The notes beneath the pieces are model-generated. The model was not told where the DNA came from, did no database searches, and was given only the letters and a program-made list of their open reading frames with translations. Below are positions 34,341 through 46,720 of a stretch of DNA of 64,000 nucleotides, piece after piece (the stretch's first letter is position 1; each line of letters opens with the position of its first letter). The position numbers were made by a program, and so were the translations under genes. The DNA is from Clavelina lepadiformis (lineage: Eukaryota): the NCBI RefSeq assembly GCF_947623445.1, contig NC_135248.1:2726977-2790976 (forward strand). The letters are read 5' to 3'.

Positions 34341-35899
34341 GGAAGGTGAAAAAACAAGTAACAGGATGTAGAACCGAAGGTCCTGCAAGAATGGGGAGGG
34401 ACGAGGGGATTCAGTGGGTACAGTTTTTTTTTTTTTTTGAGTGTTTTCGAATAATATATATTTGAAATTCTAAGCAAAATAAATTCCTGTGTATAGCTCT
34501 TTTGGATAAAATTTGCCTGCTAGCATGGAGGTAGCGGGTTCGATACCCAGCTAGTGCAGCAGATGCAGTAAATTTATTTATGGCGCCAAATGTTTAGGCG
34601 TTCACTAGATGGCCACCACACGAAACATATCCCGTCCAGCCGCCCTAAATCTAAAAGGTGCCTACTCGCTAGCTGATTTGCTGGGGTTAACAGGGCCTTT
34701 CGTAAACTAGACAACGATCCTGCGGATCCACCGATCACCGTTTCTACTGATGACGCTACGACCTTAACTGAATACGTCGGCATAAATTAGCACGCCTGTA
34801 GGCTACATGTTACTGAACCTATCTTGGCTGCCGGTACTGTCTTTTCCCCTCAACCTAATATGTATCCGTGTACGGGCCAGATAAGAAAGGACTAGTTGTT
34901 GACTGCCTAGCCCTAAAGTCTCAAACTAACTGGACCAGAGAAAACTTAAAAGCGCTACATCGATCGCAACACCACTGTGCATTAACATCTCTTAACAGTG
35001 GAGTAGGTGGAGGAGCATCGAGAAACAGACCAATGTCTGAGCACGACAAGAAGAAATCCGCAATAGGAGTGACCAGGTTTTTTTTTAAGGTTTGGTTTGG
35101 GTGACCGCTAAGTAGTTTTAAGAGACCGCAAGTGTTTCATCTAAATACCAAAAAATAGCCATATTTGCTTAAACGAGGTCTTACTGTAGTTGCAAGTCCA
35201 AATTTTGGGAAACCGCTGGAGAAATTTAGGAGACCGTTTCGGTCCCCCAAAACACCTTAAATAAAACACTGGGTGTGACGTTGTTTTGCAAATAATTTCG
35301 AAATAACTACTGTGATGAAACGGAACAGTGGCAATTAATGATAATGATTAAATAAAAACATGCCGGAAGCGAAACACAAAGTTTTCCACCGATGCACGAG
35401 CTTAAACAATTGACAACTCTCGAGGAGCTGAGAAGTGCCGTGGCAACAACAGCTACTAGAAAAGCTTGTACCAACCGTAGAGATATCTCTTTGGTGAGCG
35501 TTGTTGGCGAAGTTATTGCCAGAGTACAATTTGAATGTTTATAAATCTTAGCAGACAGTTTTTATCCCGAATCATAAAGCGACTTCATAGAAACAGGTCA
35601 TCAATTGACTTTATTTTCTCTATCCGACTAACCCAGAAAAGTATCGAGAACAAGGACGGCCCATCGTGATCATTAGACCCTTAACTGACGCAACGAAAGT
35701 TTGTGTACAACTAAAGGATACATTTTAGAAAACTTTGCCTAAGTGTACAAGCGGCCTTACACTCATGAATGATTTTGCAAACAAATGCGGGAGGTTCTCA
35801 ATGGTCATCAGCACCAACACTGATGTGCAGCATCTGCTACAAAACCGTAACGCAAGCAAATAACCTAGTAAATGAGAAACATATACGTGACAGAAGAGA

Positions 35900-36250
35900 A
35901 AGCTGAAGGTTTAGATTAGATTTAGGTGTTTGACACCTTAATAGGCGCTTTCTGCGACGCAGTTAAGGAGTCACGTGGCGCACCAAGATCAGGAACAGCA
36001 GTGTGATGGAGCGCACTGACTGCAGCTCTCTACCCTATCACATGAAAGCACGCTAGCTCGAAAAGCTAAGGCAAGGTCGCCGACGTCCCTATGTCGGAAT
36101 TTCAAAGGACATCTCTCACAGTGAAGTCATCTCTAGATCCAGGCCCATTGGTCGACCTCTCCTGCGATTCAACCACAAGGTGAAGCAGGATACGAAGTAG
36201 CTCCACCAAAACAACATGTACGACATCCAGGTCAGCAAAACGACAACACG
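35900..36250 (+). repeat. Possible 3' remnant of a non-LTR (CR1/L2/RTE-like) retrotransposon ORF2 tail
   Basis: Plus-strand translation contains ...KDISHSEVISRSRPIGRPLLRFNHKVKQDTK..., reminiscent of the ...GKRxRGRPxxRWxDxVKxDL C-terminal motif of CR1/L2-type ORF2 proteins. It is short and degraded. Confidence 0.2.
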
Positions 36251-37625
36251 CTTGAAAAAAATTTGAACAGCGTTTTGTAGCGTGGCTAAACCTCATAAAC
36301 ATTGAAAATTTCTTGAAAACTTCAAAACACTATTAGTATTGAGTGATTCGGTGTCCACTAGAGGCCCACCATATAGTTCACACGGCTTAAACGTGTCTTT
36401 AATTTTGTTAAATGGACCGCAAAAAAGTAACTGACTATTTCACTCTCAGCCGAACTTGAAATAGGTCACGCAGTCAGTCTTCGAAGCTGCTTTGATTTTA
36501 CTGGGTATTTGATTTAGTCTAAAAAACATATATTGTTAGGGTTAGTTATCAACAGTATATGATAAAACATTGAAGTTTAGTTAACGTGAGGTATGGAAAA
36601 GTAATTATGAATGTACGATGTTTTCGTTGAAATAGCGACAGCTCAAAAATTAACACCAAAAGTAGTTGAAATTTCATGAATACATTATGATTGGAGAACT
36701 TCACTAATCACATGAACAAAGCTGATCCACTACAGAAAACAAAGTTTAATTATGTGAACTGTAATAAACAATTCTACAGTTTGCTACAGCCACTTAATTA
36801 TGAGAATTAGCTGCATAAGAATGAAAACTTTGTTCCGCTGGAAGACAGAACCTTTCTAGAAAGTGTACGTCATTGGCGGATTGTTGATCCGATAATCACC
36901 GCTTGAACCTACAAACATAATGGCTTGATTGAAGATATCGTTTACGCTATTTTGCATCTAAAGTTTCCAAGTTAAAAACGTATTATATTTTACAACAAAA
37001 ACTTAAGCCTATAATAGTAGATTACAAAATTTGATCAAAAATGTTGTCATATTGTTTACAAAAATATAACAAGCCAAAACCAGTTTGAAAGCTAACTTGT
37101 ACTTATATAACCTAGCAAGCTATAATCCAGTTTAAATAACAGATATAAACGTCAACCGAAAATGTATTCAATAAACCAAAACTTAAAACTGACAGTCTCA
37201 TAAACTTCAGCCATTTAGTCATAGCACAATTAACGAAAAGGAAAAAGTGGTAAAACTCGAACTTTTACAAACATGCAAGATGCCAACAATACAATTGTGC
37301 TACATCATATTAAGTTAAGACAAGCTAACAAGTTTGGACAAAATATACCACTATCATAAGCATGTTTATCGCTATCAAGAAAATACTGAATGTTCAACTC
37401 ACCAAACGTACCAGAACAAGCTTTCACTCAACTCTGAAAATATTGAACTGACCAAGCCAACGCACAAGTTCTTACAGCTGCGACCTTCTCAGCCACCGTC
37501 AAAATAAAATGACCACGAGTTTCTTTATTTGTTTGTGACGTCACCTGGCATTCGGCGCGGCGCGCGTTGATTAAAGTCTGGCTTCCTTCCAAAATTATCC
37601 GCGTAAAAAGCTGAGAGGTAATTTT

Positions 37626-40600
37626 GAGCTTAAACCATAGATATCCTATAAAACACTAGATCGCTCAACTCGCCTCTGGAATTGAAGCCAAATTGAAACT
37701 TTGCGAATCCGCCATTAAGGGACCCAGTCAGTCAGTCCCAACAGTGGTGCTGAATTGTGATGGAGTTGTATCGACAATTGTCTTGTTTCCAGTACGGTAT
37801 ATTTGTATAAATAGCCTAGTTCTAACGTTATACAGAACTTATACGGGCTAGGACTCTTTATACATCGTAGGATACGCCGATGCCGTATGTAGCCTGGACT
37901 ACCGTATATTTTGAAAATTCATAGCTTTAGCACGATATTATTTTAGAGATAGGCTACTGGAATAATCGGAGATGGGCATTGATACAGTACCTTCGTACAT
38001 TACTTTGTAATACCATGTTCCGAATCCCAGACAGGAATGTGTTACATTGTAAGCTATAGGCCTACCGTCAATACCGGATTTCTTTTAGTCGTCTCAACAG
38101 CTAGGCTATTCGCCATCGGTACTTTTATAGTGATAGTTTCAAGATTTTTAGAGATTTATGCCTAGGCTAGTTTTGGTTCTATGCCAGTACTTTCAAAGTC
38201 AAAGTATTGACTGCCCACATCTGGAAATATGTTCAGTTAACTGTAGTCTATAGGCCTAGTTTTCTATTGTGCCACACTTTAACTACAAATAAGAATCTGA
38301 TTTGTTGGACCCTATTGTAAAACGTGTAAAATTTGGTAAAAAAGGACATAAACATTTAGCCAAATTTATTTACATGTACAATTTTACAAAACAGAAGAGA
38401 TAAAACAAAACCATTCACTTATCACTATACTACATACATTACTATGTCAATGACTGACATTTGAAATTAAACAGTAACGAGTCATCCACTTGTCATTACT
38501 GATGGCTGAATAGTACAAGTTTGTTAAATTTTTTTCGTATCTTTTTGCAGGTAATTTCTTCATTGTACTCTTTTCCAAGGTGGTAAAGTCGAATTTTGCA
38601 GTATGCTTTTGAAACTAACTTTATAAGGTCAAAGATATGGTTGTTGGTGACACTTGTGTCTAACATATGATATTGAAGATTGCAGAATGCTAAGGATAGG
38701 TTGATATTAGCCAGAACAGATGTTGCAATACCTTCTGATACTCCTTTTTCTAAACCGACATAACAAATTCAAGGTATATATGATAATTATGCAACTAAGT
38801 TGTGTTTACATATATATCAGATAAATATAATAATCATCAGACAAATATAAATTATTTTGCTACATTTTACCTTGGGGAAGTTTTCCTCTTGTAGTTTTAA
38901 GAAGACGTTGAAACTGTTTTTCAGTTTCCTCGCAAACTACTACTACACTTTCGGAAGGTTTAAATAATTTGCCTTTATCTTTCATTTGCAGGAAGTCAGA
39001 CACTGGAAAATTGGTTGTTGAACCAAGAGCTTGACTACAGTGACTGCACAACATTTGCTTATCAACCATTTTGCTAACATAGCCAGCTACGTATGAAATG
39101 GCAGCTTTTTTGTATTCAGACAAACCAAGAATGTTTGGAATTTCACTGAGGCTATGATCTTCGTCGACTTCTACATCCCGTCCAAGTAGGTCATATTTTC
39201 TTATAATATGAGCACCTGATTCTGTCAGCTGAGGGTTACTAGTTGAAGCACCATTGAATATATGCAAAATTTCAATTGGTAACTTTTGTTCACAGTTACC
39301 AACTCCACCTTTAATATCACTTCTTAGAAGTAAGCGCTTATAAGCTGCTGTAAACTGCTGGCTTGTCGGGTTGTTGTTGAAACCTCCTGCTGACCTTATG
39401 GCTCCAAAAAACAACTCAAGGTGGTCTTGGCTAAGCTTGTAAGTTAAGATATATCTTAGTTGAGATTGATTTTTCCCAACTAAATCTTCAAACAACCCTT
39501 TTATACTTCTTATTGCCATCAAGAATCCCAGAAAGCCTGTTTTCCGTCTTGTTTTAAGCATTTGTACCCCAGCAGTGTCCTTCAACTTGAGAATGTAATC
39601 AAAAGAAAAATCAAGAAATGGCCTCCAGCTGGACTCATTGCTTCTTTTCAAAGGTGATTTGAATCCTTTAGCACATAGCACGCCGAACTTTGGAACTGTT
39701 GTAGTTTCAATGTGTTGCTGCAGTACTCAATGGCATCAGCTACACTTGCACTTATTGCTTGAGCTGCCAAGTTAACCTTCATTTTTTGTTGTTTCCAGTT
39801 TATATGGGCCAACTTAAGTTTGTTTGCAAGGCGTAACCCTTCTTCTTTTTGAAGTTTCTGCAGCTGAACCAAGTATTCCCATTTCACTTTCTTTCCTTCA
39901 AAATCTACAAGTATGCCACCTTCACCAAAGGTATTGCGTATAAGTTTAAGCATATGGCACACATCTAACAACATATATATTTTGGAATTTTCATCTGCAG
40001 GATGGTTAAAATAAGTTTGGAAGTTATCTATGTCTAAAGACAAACCAGGTTCATTCATCATAGCAAGATGACTGGAAGGAACTCACAGGAACTCACAGAA
40101 GAAACTACTACTCCTATATCATGGAGCCGCCCAATACAAACATTTACAAGGTTAGCTTTCTCTTTACCAGTCAGACTGTCAGTAAAAAAATAGCCACAAG
40201 GAATTTTCCATGAATTGTTTAACGAAACAACCATTAGCACTAAAGCATCTTTTGCAACAGGTGAGGAATCATCTGCTGGCATTTCCACACCAATATCAAC
40301 AAAACCTCGGAAACGATGGCCATCCCAAGAAACATGCTTCTTAATGGCCATTTCATCCAGCATTAAAGCACAAATTACCTGCTTGTTTTTCTTCTTCAAC
40401 TCTGGCTGAAAGTACTCTGAATGCAGGTTCTGTAAAACCAGGTTCAGCCGACACTTTGGTGTACCATTTTCTAATGGTTGATTGTGCTGGCAAAGCTAAG
40501 TTGAAGGTTTTTCTGACATACTCATATGCCTTGGAAGAGTAAAACTGAAGGGTTAGTGCAAATGCCTTCAATTCCGTGGAATACTTGCAACCTTTAGAGG

Positions 40601-42407
40601 AATGCAGTTGTTTTGCTGCTTTTTTCATGACATGCAGTGGCACACCTGTAAATGATGCCTTCAACACTTCTTCACAATTTGAAGATAGGAGTTGATTTTT
40701 ATGCAAACATTGAATTAAAGTTTTCATTGAAACTATTTTCTGTTTAAATATGCGTGACTTTTGCTGACTGAGTTTTAAATTTTTTCGAATTGCTGCAATT
40801 TGTTTGCTTCGTGACTGGATTTTCGTATTCAATTTAGTGAGTGAATTGCTTATGCTGTATGTATGGTCAGACTTTACTTTATCACAGGAGCTTCTTTTAA
40901 CAAGGCAATCACTTGTTTTATCTTTACTACCGGAACTGCATTGTAACTGCAAACCAGTTTTCATATTTCGTGTATATGGTTTCTTCCTTTCATGACCAGC
41001 CTGCAGTGAATCAATTCAAAGTATATATATTATATTATATATTATACTGCCAGTATATATATTAGTATATTATATCAGTGCCTGTATACTTGCCAGTATG
41101 TTATAGCCAATAATTTCCAATAATTAGTCTTGAGTCTGATGGAAATCTGTTGTACATATACTTGGTACTAAATATATGTTTTAATAAAAATATGTCATCG
41201 AATGCAGCTGAGACTGTTCGGGTGCACTTTTAGCTGAGGTAAGTTATTAGTTGAACGCCATGCCAATACACAACAGCTGCAATGTTAATGAGATGGTCAG
41301 AACTTACAGCTCATTAAATTGAACGACTGGTGCAAAGACACGATTAATTAATAATTCCTGTTGCACAAAAACACCTGCCGGTGCTACTACACTATTGCTC
41401 TTTACAACTCAGTTTTCAGCAACTAACCTGTAGCCTATATTCCTGGCATATAAAGGCTGTGGTTATCGCACCGCTGTAGTTGTTTAACATCTGCAGGTTT
41501 TAAAGTTTCATATGGGGGCCATTTTGCTGCTTGTGGTCTTGTTTTAGCAAGGTATAACAACATTAGCACCACTCTTTTCGAGGAATGTCCTGTCAATGGG
41601 CCACTGAGATATTTAATAAATAGACGACTTTGGAAAAAAATTGATCACTTATCAACTACTATGTTAGTAGTAAAAGAGTAGTTACTTTTGGCTACGTAGT
41701 TACTTTTGGCTGGATAGTAGTTACTTTTCATTATTGGTGATGGTTATGGTGAAGAGAGTTAGTTAGCTTGAAAAGGCACAATACAGCCAATATGCCTCTA
41801 AGAAGCATGAAGTTGAATAAGAGATACAGTTAGACTATAGACCGGAAACATATAGACATAAGTAGCATATTTAACACCTTAAGCAATGAGAAAAGAGCTT
41901 TCAGTTACAGGACTTTATGTCAGTGCCAGTATAGGCTAGGCTACGCTACAGTTTACATACGGTACCGGTATTAACGTTAAACCAAGAAAAACATTAGTTG
42001 TAGGTAATTATTATTATGCACAAAAAATGCTTACGCATGGAAGGTTCTTGGATGACAAATTTCCTTTCTTGTCTCATCATCCGAACTCCCTTCACTGGCA
42101 CTTCTTTCCATTAACTTATCGCTTACTGTAGCGCTATTAACTCTCTTTTTCCTTTTTCCACAACCGTAAGCACAGCATTGAGTTCCCCTTTTATCCATGT
42201 TTTATATAGATTACAAATTGACGAAGAAATCTCACAATTTAACGTTGGACCTAACAGCTTAAAAGCCTTATAAAATCGTGTTCAAAGCCCAGTTTGGGTC
42301 CCTTACTGTTCCCGCCAAATCTGTTCAATTGGCTTCATTTTTGGTTGGTCGAAAACAATAAGAAGAGCGATCTAGTGTTTTATAGGATATCTATGGCTTA
42401 AACCCGC
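37626..42407 (-). mobile_element. P-element/THAP9-like DNA transposon (~4.8 kb) bounded by ~110-bp terminal inverted repeats, with a frameshifted transposase
   Basis: 37629-37745 (cttaaaccatagatatcctataaaacactagatcgctc...) is the reverse complement of 42290-42404 (...gagcgatctagtgttttataggatatctatggcttaaac). Between them lies a P-transposase-like coding region split across four overlapping ORFs. Confidence 0.6.
38860..40964 (-). pseudogene. P-element (THAP9-type) transposase coding region, interrupted by at least three frameshifts
   Basis: Consecutive minus-strand ORFs 40353..40964, 40058..40399, 39648..40061 and 38860..39681 carry P-transposase family motifs: KYSTELKAFALTLQFYSSKAYEYVRKTFNLALPAQSTIRKW, LMLDEMAIKKHVSWDG..FRGFVDIG, WKIPCGYFF, and DVCHMLKLIRN (the D..H..K..RN motif). 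A 10-bp tandem duplication ggaactcaca|ggaactcaca at 40063-40082 sits exactly at one ORF junction. Confidence 0.65.
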
Positions 42408-42489
42408 AATCTATGATGTCTGTGGAAATGAAATGAAAATCAACCAAGTTGACGCAATAAAGTTCAAAATACAAACATGGACGTAATTA

Positions 42490-43015
42490 TTTTGTCGTAC
42501 CGAAGGGACATTCTGCTATCGGACTAAATAGCTTCTATAAACGTAAGTTTTGTATTTTTGTGTGTTTTTCTACTTCTTTTTTCTTTTCTTTTATATTGTT
42601 TGTCGTCGGTAGAGGGCGTCAAAGCAAATGCGATGCTAAATTTGTTTCAGGTACCCCGGGTATACATCAGTTGTACCTGAGGTGACATTTGGAAGATCCG
42701 AGGCGAACTATCGAATAGTTTGAACAGGCTTGGCCCCTCTAACATTTGCTAGATGAGGTAGGGTCATGAGTTGTTGTTTTGTTTTTGCCTTTTCCTCCAT
42801 AGAAAAGATGTAAGAAATTTCTTCTTGGGTCCCCAAATGCTTGTCTGCCCAACTTCGTTGTTTCATTTTTGCGCGATTGCGGCGGTTAGTGACAGGTTAC
42901 AGGTAATTACATGAAATGAAACGATGGTCAACGGTTGGGCGGAATCCCCCCGGCTTTAAGAGAAGGCGGTCTCAGGGAAGGTTTAGCTGTACCCTACCAA
43001 ATCTTTAAGGCAACT
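42490..43015. repeat. Interspersed repeat family, short internally deleted copy (B, ~0.5 kb)
   Basis: Collinear with both ends of copy A (28370-30175) but lacking the 28650-29890 segment. Confidence 0.55.
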
Positions 43016-43502
43016 TTACTTTTGTTACAAGCAATACACTCTTCACTTTCAGTGCGTAAACACACACACGTCAGTCGTGCATGTATTGCAACATGCTTTC
43101 AGCAACTAGCCCTACAGTTCTCACGCATTGTTTGATCATAAAATACAAATACGGTAGCGGCTACCGTAGGCCTTTGTGATGAAGATTGCGTAGCTTTAAA
43201 CGTAACTGAGTGTGAAATGCAAAAATTGTGTTTAATATGAATATGCGCTTATTTACACACCGGGTAAATTTTCCTACTTTGTAATGAGAGTGTGCGGCCC
43301 GCCGGCTGCAACATTTTTTCTAATGCGGCCCTCAGTACAAAAAGTTTGCCCAGCCCTGTGATAGAGGTCTTATCCAAGACGTCACCATAGAAAAAGTATA
43401 AATCGTTCCGGTCCAGTGCGCATATGATCTTAGTTTGTGATGGTTTGTTGTTTTGGCGTTTTTGCGAACGTAATTTCACAGTACTGTAAAATCCTTTGAG
43501 TC

Positions 43503-43620
43503 ACACGTTGTGGGTGGAATGCGATGATTGCGATCGCTGGTATCATGTTAAATGCACCCATTTGGATCCCAATCTCACCCAACATGAAATCGGAAAGCTC
43601 ACTTACCTCTGTCATAACTG
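43503..43620 (+). other. Isolated coding fragment resembling the C-terminal two-thirds of a PHD finger (WVECDDCDRWYHVKCTHLDPNLTQHEIGKLTYLCHNCE-stop)
   Basis: Plus-strand frame gives C-x2-C-x4-H-x2-C-x18-C-x2-C, ending in a stop, preceded by a possible tttgag acceptor. No partner exons identified. Confidence 0.2.
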
Positions 43621-45778
43621 TGAGTGAAGGCATGTCTAAATGCTACTTTCAGATGACAATTTGAATGTTAGCTCTGGTTATTTTGAAGTTGGTTGTTTTC
43701 CGTATTGTGGTTCCTTTTAAGGCTTTAAGCGTGATTTTTAAACTCATTCGTTGCGAATAATTTTGCTGTTTACGTTGAATTCTTGAAAAAATAAGACAAA
43801 CACATTTTATATAAATGCAATCCCTCTGATTGCACGTCGATGTTGAACAGTGATTGACGGTTGTGGATTTGGATGTTTCTTTATCTCAAGTTTCTGATTT
43901 CCTTCAGCAGTAAATAAAACGATTCGCTACTTCAGATTTCTCCGATTTCTTGGTGTTTGGCTCGTTTTCTTTTAAACTGGTCTTAATATTTTGGTGTATG
44001 CCATATAGGCCTATGTGTCAAATATTTATCGTATCATGTTTGGGCACGCTCTAACAAGGAACAAGGATAGCACCTTACTTTTCCATCCCTATAGCCAATG
44101 GCAAAAATTAACGATGCAACAACACCTTGACAATGCCCCACCTTGACGGTGCGAACAAAACCCGCGGCCCACTTCGAAATCATTAAGCATTAAACAACCG
44201 ACAATTTCCTTGGTATTGTTGCATTTGTTTTTGCGCTGTGTTTTGTTGCGTTCTCCCTTGCGGCCGAGTGCGCTTTTCCGTGCTTGATTGAGCACACGTG
44301 TATTTCTTTCGACTCGTACGTGTCCAACAGGGAGTCGCCCGGTCAGACCTGATTTAAGCTCTTGAAATGAGCTGCTGTGTATGACAACTTCACTGAGCTG
44401 TTTTGAATAAAAGATGTGCCTACTGTGTATCTAAGACTGAGGACAAGCAAAACGTAACAGTATTCTAATTTGGTCTGCAACAGACTTAATTCTTGTTGCG
44501 CTATTTTTCTACTGCTTTCACTGCTTTATAATTTTCTTCAGCGAATAAACGCTCTTATCGTTTCAGACATGTTCTAAATTTTGCAATATCGACCAAGATG
44601 TAAGGCCTTCAGCTACTAGCCTAGCTCCACTCATCCATGTATCATTGTATCCCAAATAGAGCGCTCTATTGTCGTTTATGACGTAACAATGAAATTATTA
44701 CCCGTAACGCAACAAACAATTTTAAAATTTCCGGACATTTAAGCATATTTTAGCATTTACCCCCGGACGCAGTTTGAACACTAAAATTCCGGACATGTCC
44801 GGGGAAATCCGGACGCATGGCAACCCTATTATCACTTAAACCGTATAATTTGAATAAACAACAATGCTAATTAGCATAAAAAATAAAATGCGTAGCGGTT
44901 GATTTGTGTCGCCGGTCAATTGACCACGACCAATTTTCGCCGGTGAATTTGTTCACGGTGAATTGACGTGATCCCAATGTTTCTAGCTTTTTCGATACTT
45001 ACTCCAATTCCTACGAGCAGTAAATGAATCTGGAAGCAAATTTTGCCCACCGCTTCAGAACGATTGAGCGTCCACGAGCTTTTGTATTTTTATCAAACCC
45101 TCTCCACAATTGCATAAATTAGAGTAATTCTAAAGTATTTATCTGCTAAACTTTATCTCCTTAACTCTGTTTAACGTTGTTTCCCTTGTATTGTTTTATA
45201 GCTTGACTCGTAATATGACATGGTCACTGGACTGCCACCGAAAAGTTAGTTGTCCAACTCCAAACTAACTTCAACGAAAGACCTTGCACCAATGCCATAT
45301 ATTTTAACCAAAATGAAGACCGAAGTCATTAAACAATCAAGTATTAAGTTAAGCAACTTCAATATTCGCGAAATTCGTGCATTAACGCATGAAGTTGTAA
45401 GCATCCGCAAAGAACAGTAATAGCAGCACATCACAACAGGTATTCACAACATAATTTAAAACAAAAAAAACAAAGAAAATGAACTGGGCGAAGATGTCAG
45501 ATAAGATTGCACAGGAAATCGGGCGTCATCTTGCGCGGTTAAACGTCCAAATTTCTGCTTTTGCGTATCCAAGCAGCAATCATTAATGCAACGCAAGCTT
45601 GTGTGCGAGTGAACATGAGCTATCTCCATAATGCTCTAAGATCAGCTTAAACTCTTCTCAATCATTGCATAGCAAACACATTTCGTCTTACGTTGCTAAA
45701 CTGCATTTAGATGTAGGTGCTTGTGTGTTGTGTCACAGTGCCAGACATTGTCTATATAACTGAGCTATGAAGTTGGTT

Positions 45779-45955
45779 TCAAGTTTGTGGTAACCTGATT
45801 ACCCCAACACCACCACCTAGCCGTCTATAGTGCATCCCGTCATACATTCTCCATGTATTTGATTCTGGGGTGTAGATCTCGATGGTTTTCAAGTAACTGG
45901 TACCATCAAAACCACCGACCGCAATAAGCTGTCCATTGACAACGGAAACTCCAAC
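45779..45955 (-). CDS. KLHL20: KLHL20 exon 10 (last; kelch repeat 6 and stop): [58 protein letters not shown]
   Basis: aattag acceptor at 45956-45957 (minus), TGA stop at 45779-45781. Matches the human KLHL20 C-terminus ([55 protein letters not shown]). Confidence 0.8.
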   Translation of the reverse strand, partial: VGVSVVNGQLIAVGGFDGTSYLKTIEIYTPESNTWRMYDGMHYRRLGGGVGVIRLPQT

Positions 45956-46026
45956 CTAATTACAACAGAAATGTTACCTATCAAAAGTTACTGGCTGGGG
46001 CGATTCTGGTAATTTTAGTTTCTCAC

Positions 46027-46146
46027 CCCACTTCGTCGAGAAATCATGGCGACCACTGTACTCCAGGTGTTGGTGAGTGGGTTGTACTTCTCAACACTGT
46101 TCAACTCAGTTGTATCATCTCTGCCACCAACAGCATAAAGCATATC
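46027..46146 (-). CDS. KLHL20: KLHL20 exon 9: [40 protein letters not shown]
   Basis: ttttgcag acceptor (minus) at 46147-46148 and GGG|GTGAGA donor at 46025-46026. ~85% identical to the human sequence ([40 protein letters not shown]). Confidence 0.8.
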
Positions 46147-46497
46147 CTGCAAAATGTGGAAAGATTTTCAGAAAGACGTTACCAAATAGTGTGCTAATTG
46201 TCATGATTAGCCCTTATTCCTACATAATTCTCGTGCAGAACTGATGATATTAGAATGTTATTTGTGCTCTATTTCGTGTGTTTATCAACTAGCGTTGTAC
46301 TATGTTTTGGCCGTGTTTAGTATGCGCGACCCAGTTTTAATTACTTCCGATTAATAAATATATCGCTATTGTACTAAATACATTGTTGATGTGGTTTCGA
46401 CAAGATTGCCAGTATACCAGCTACAGTGCGACAGTGTTCAAAACCACAACCAGTATTCTTTTGAGAAACTGAGTGAAGTCCAATAAAAATAACCTAC

Positions 46498-46720
46498 CCG
46501 GTAAACAGCGCACCCAAGATGCTTTCTTCTTGTGTTCATCGGAGCCACTTCGGTCCATCGATTTTCTTTTGGGTCGTAGCGTTCCACAAGATTCCACGGG
46601 GTCTGACCATCTGAGCCCCCGACAGCGTAAAGGTAGCTCCCTAAAACTGCCACACCAACCCCAAGCCTCTTGAAGCCCATTGAACACACCTTGCTCCATC
46701 GGTTTAACTTGGGGCTGTAT
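46498..46720 (-). CDS. KLHL20: KLHL20 exon 8: kelch repeats 4-5 ([74 protein letters not shown])
   Basis: Anchored on minus ORF 46438..46758. tttcag acceptor at 46721-46722 and CGG|GTAGGT donor at 46496-46497. Confidence 0.8.
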
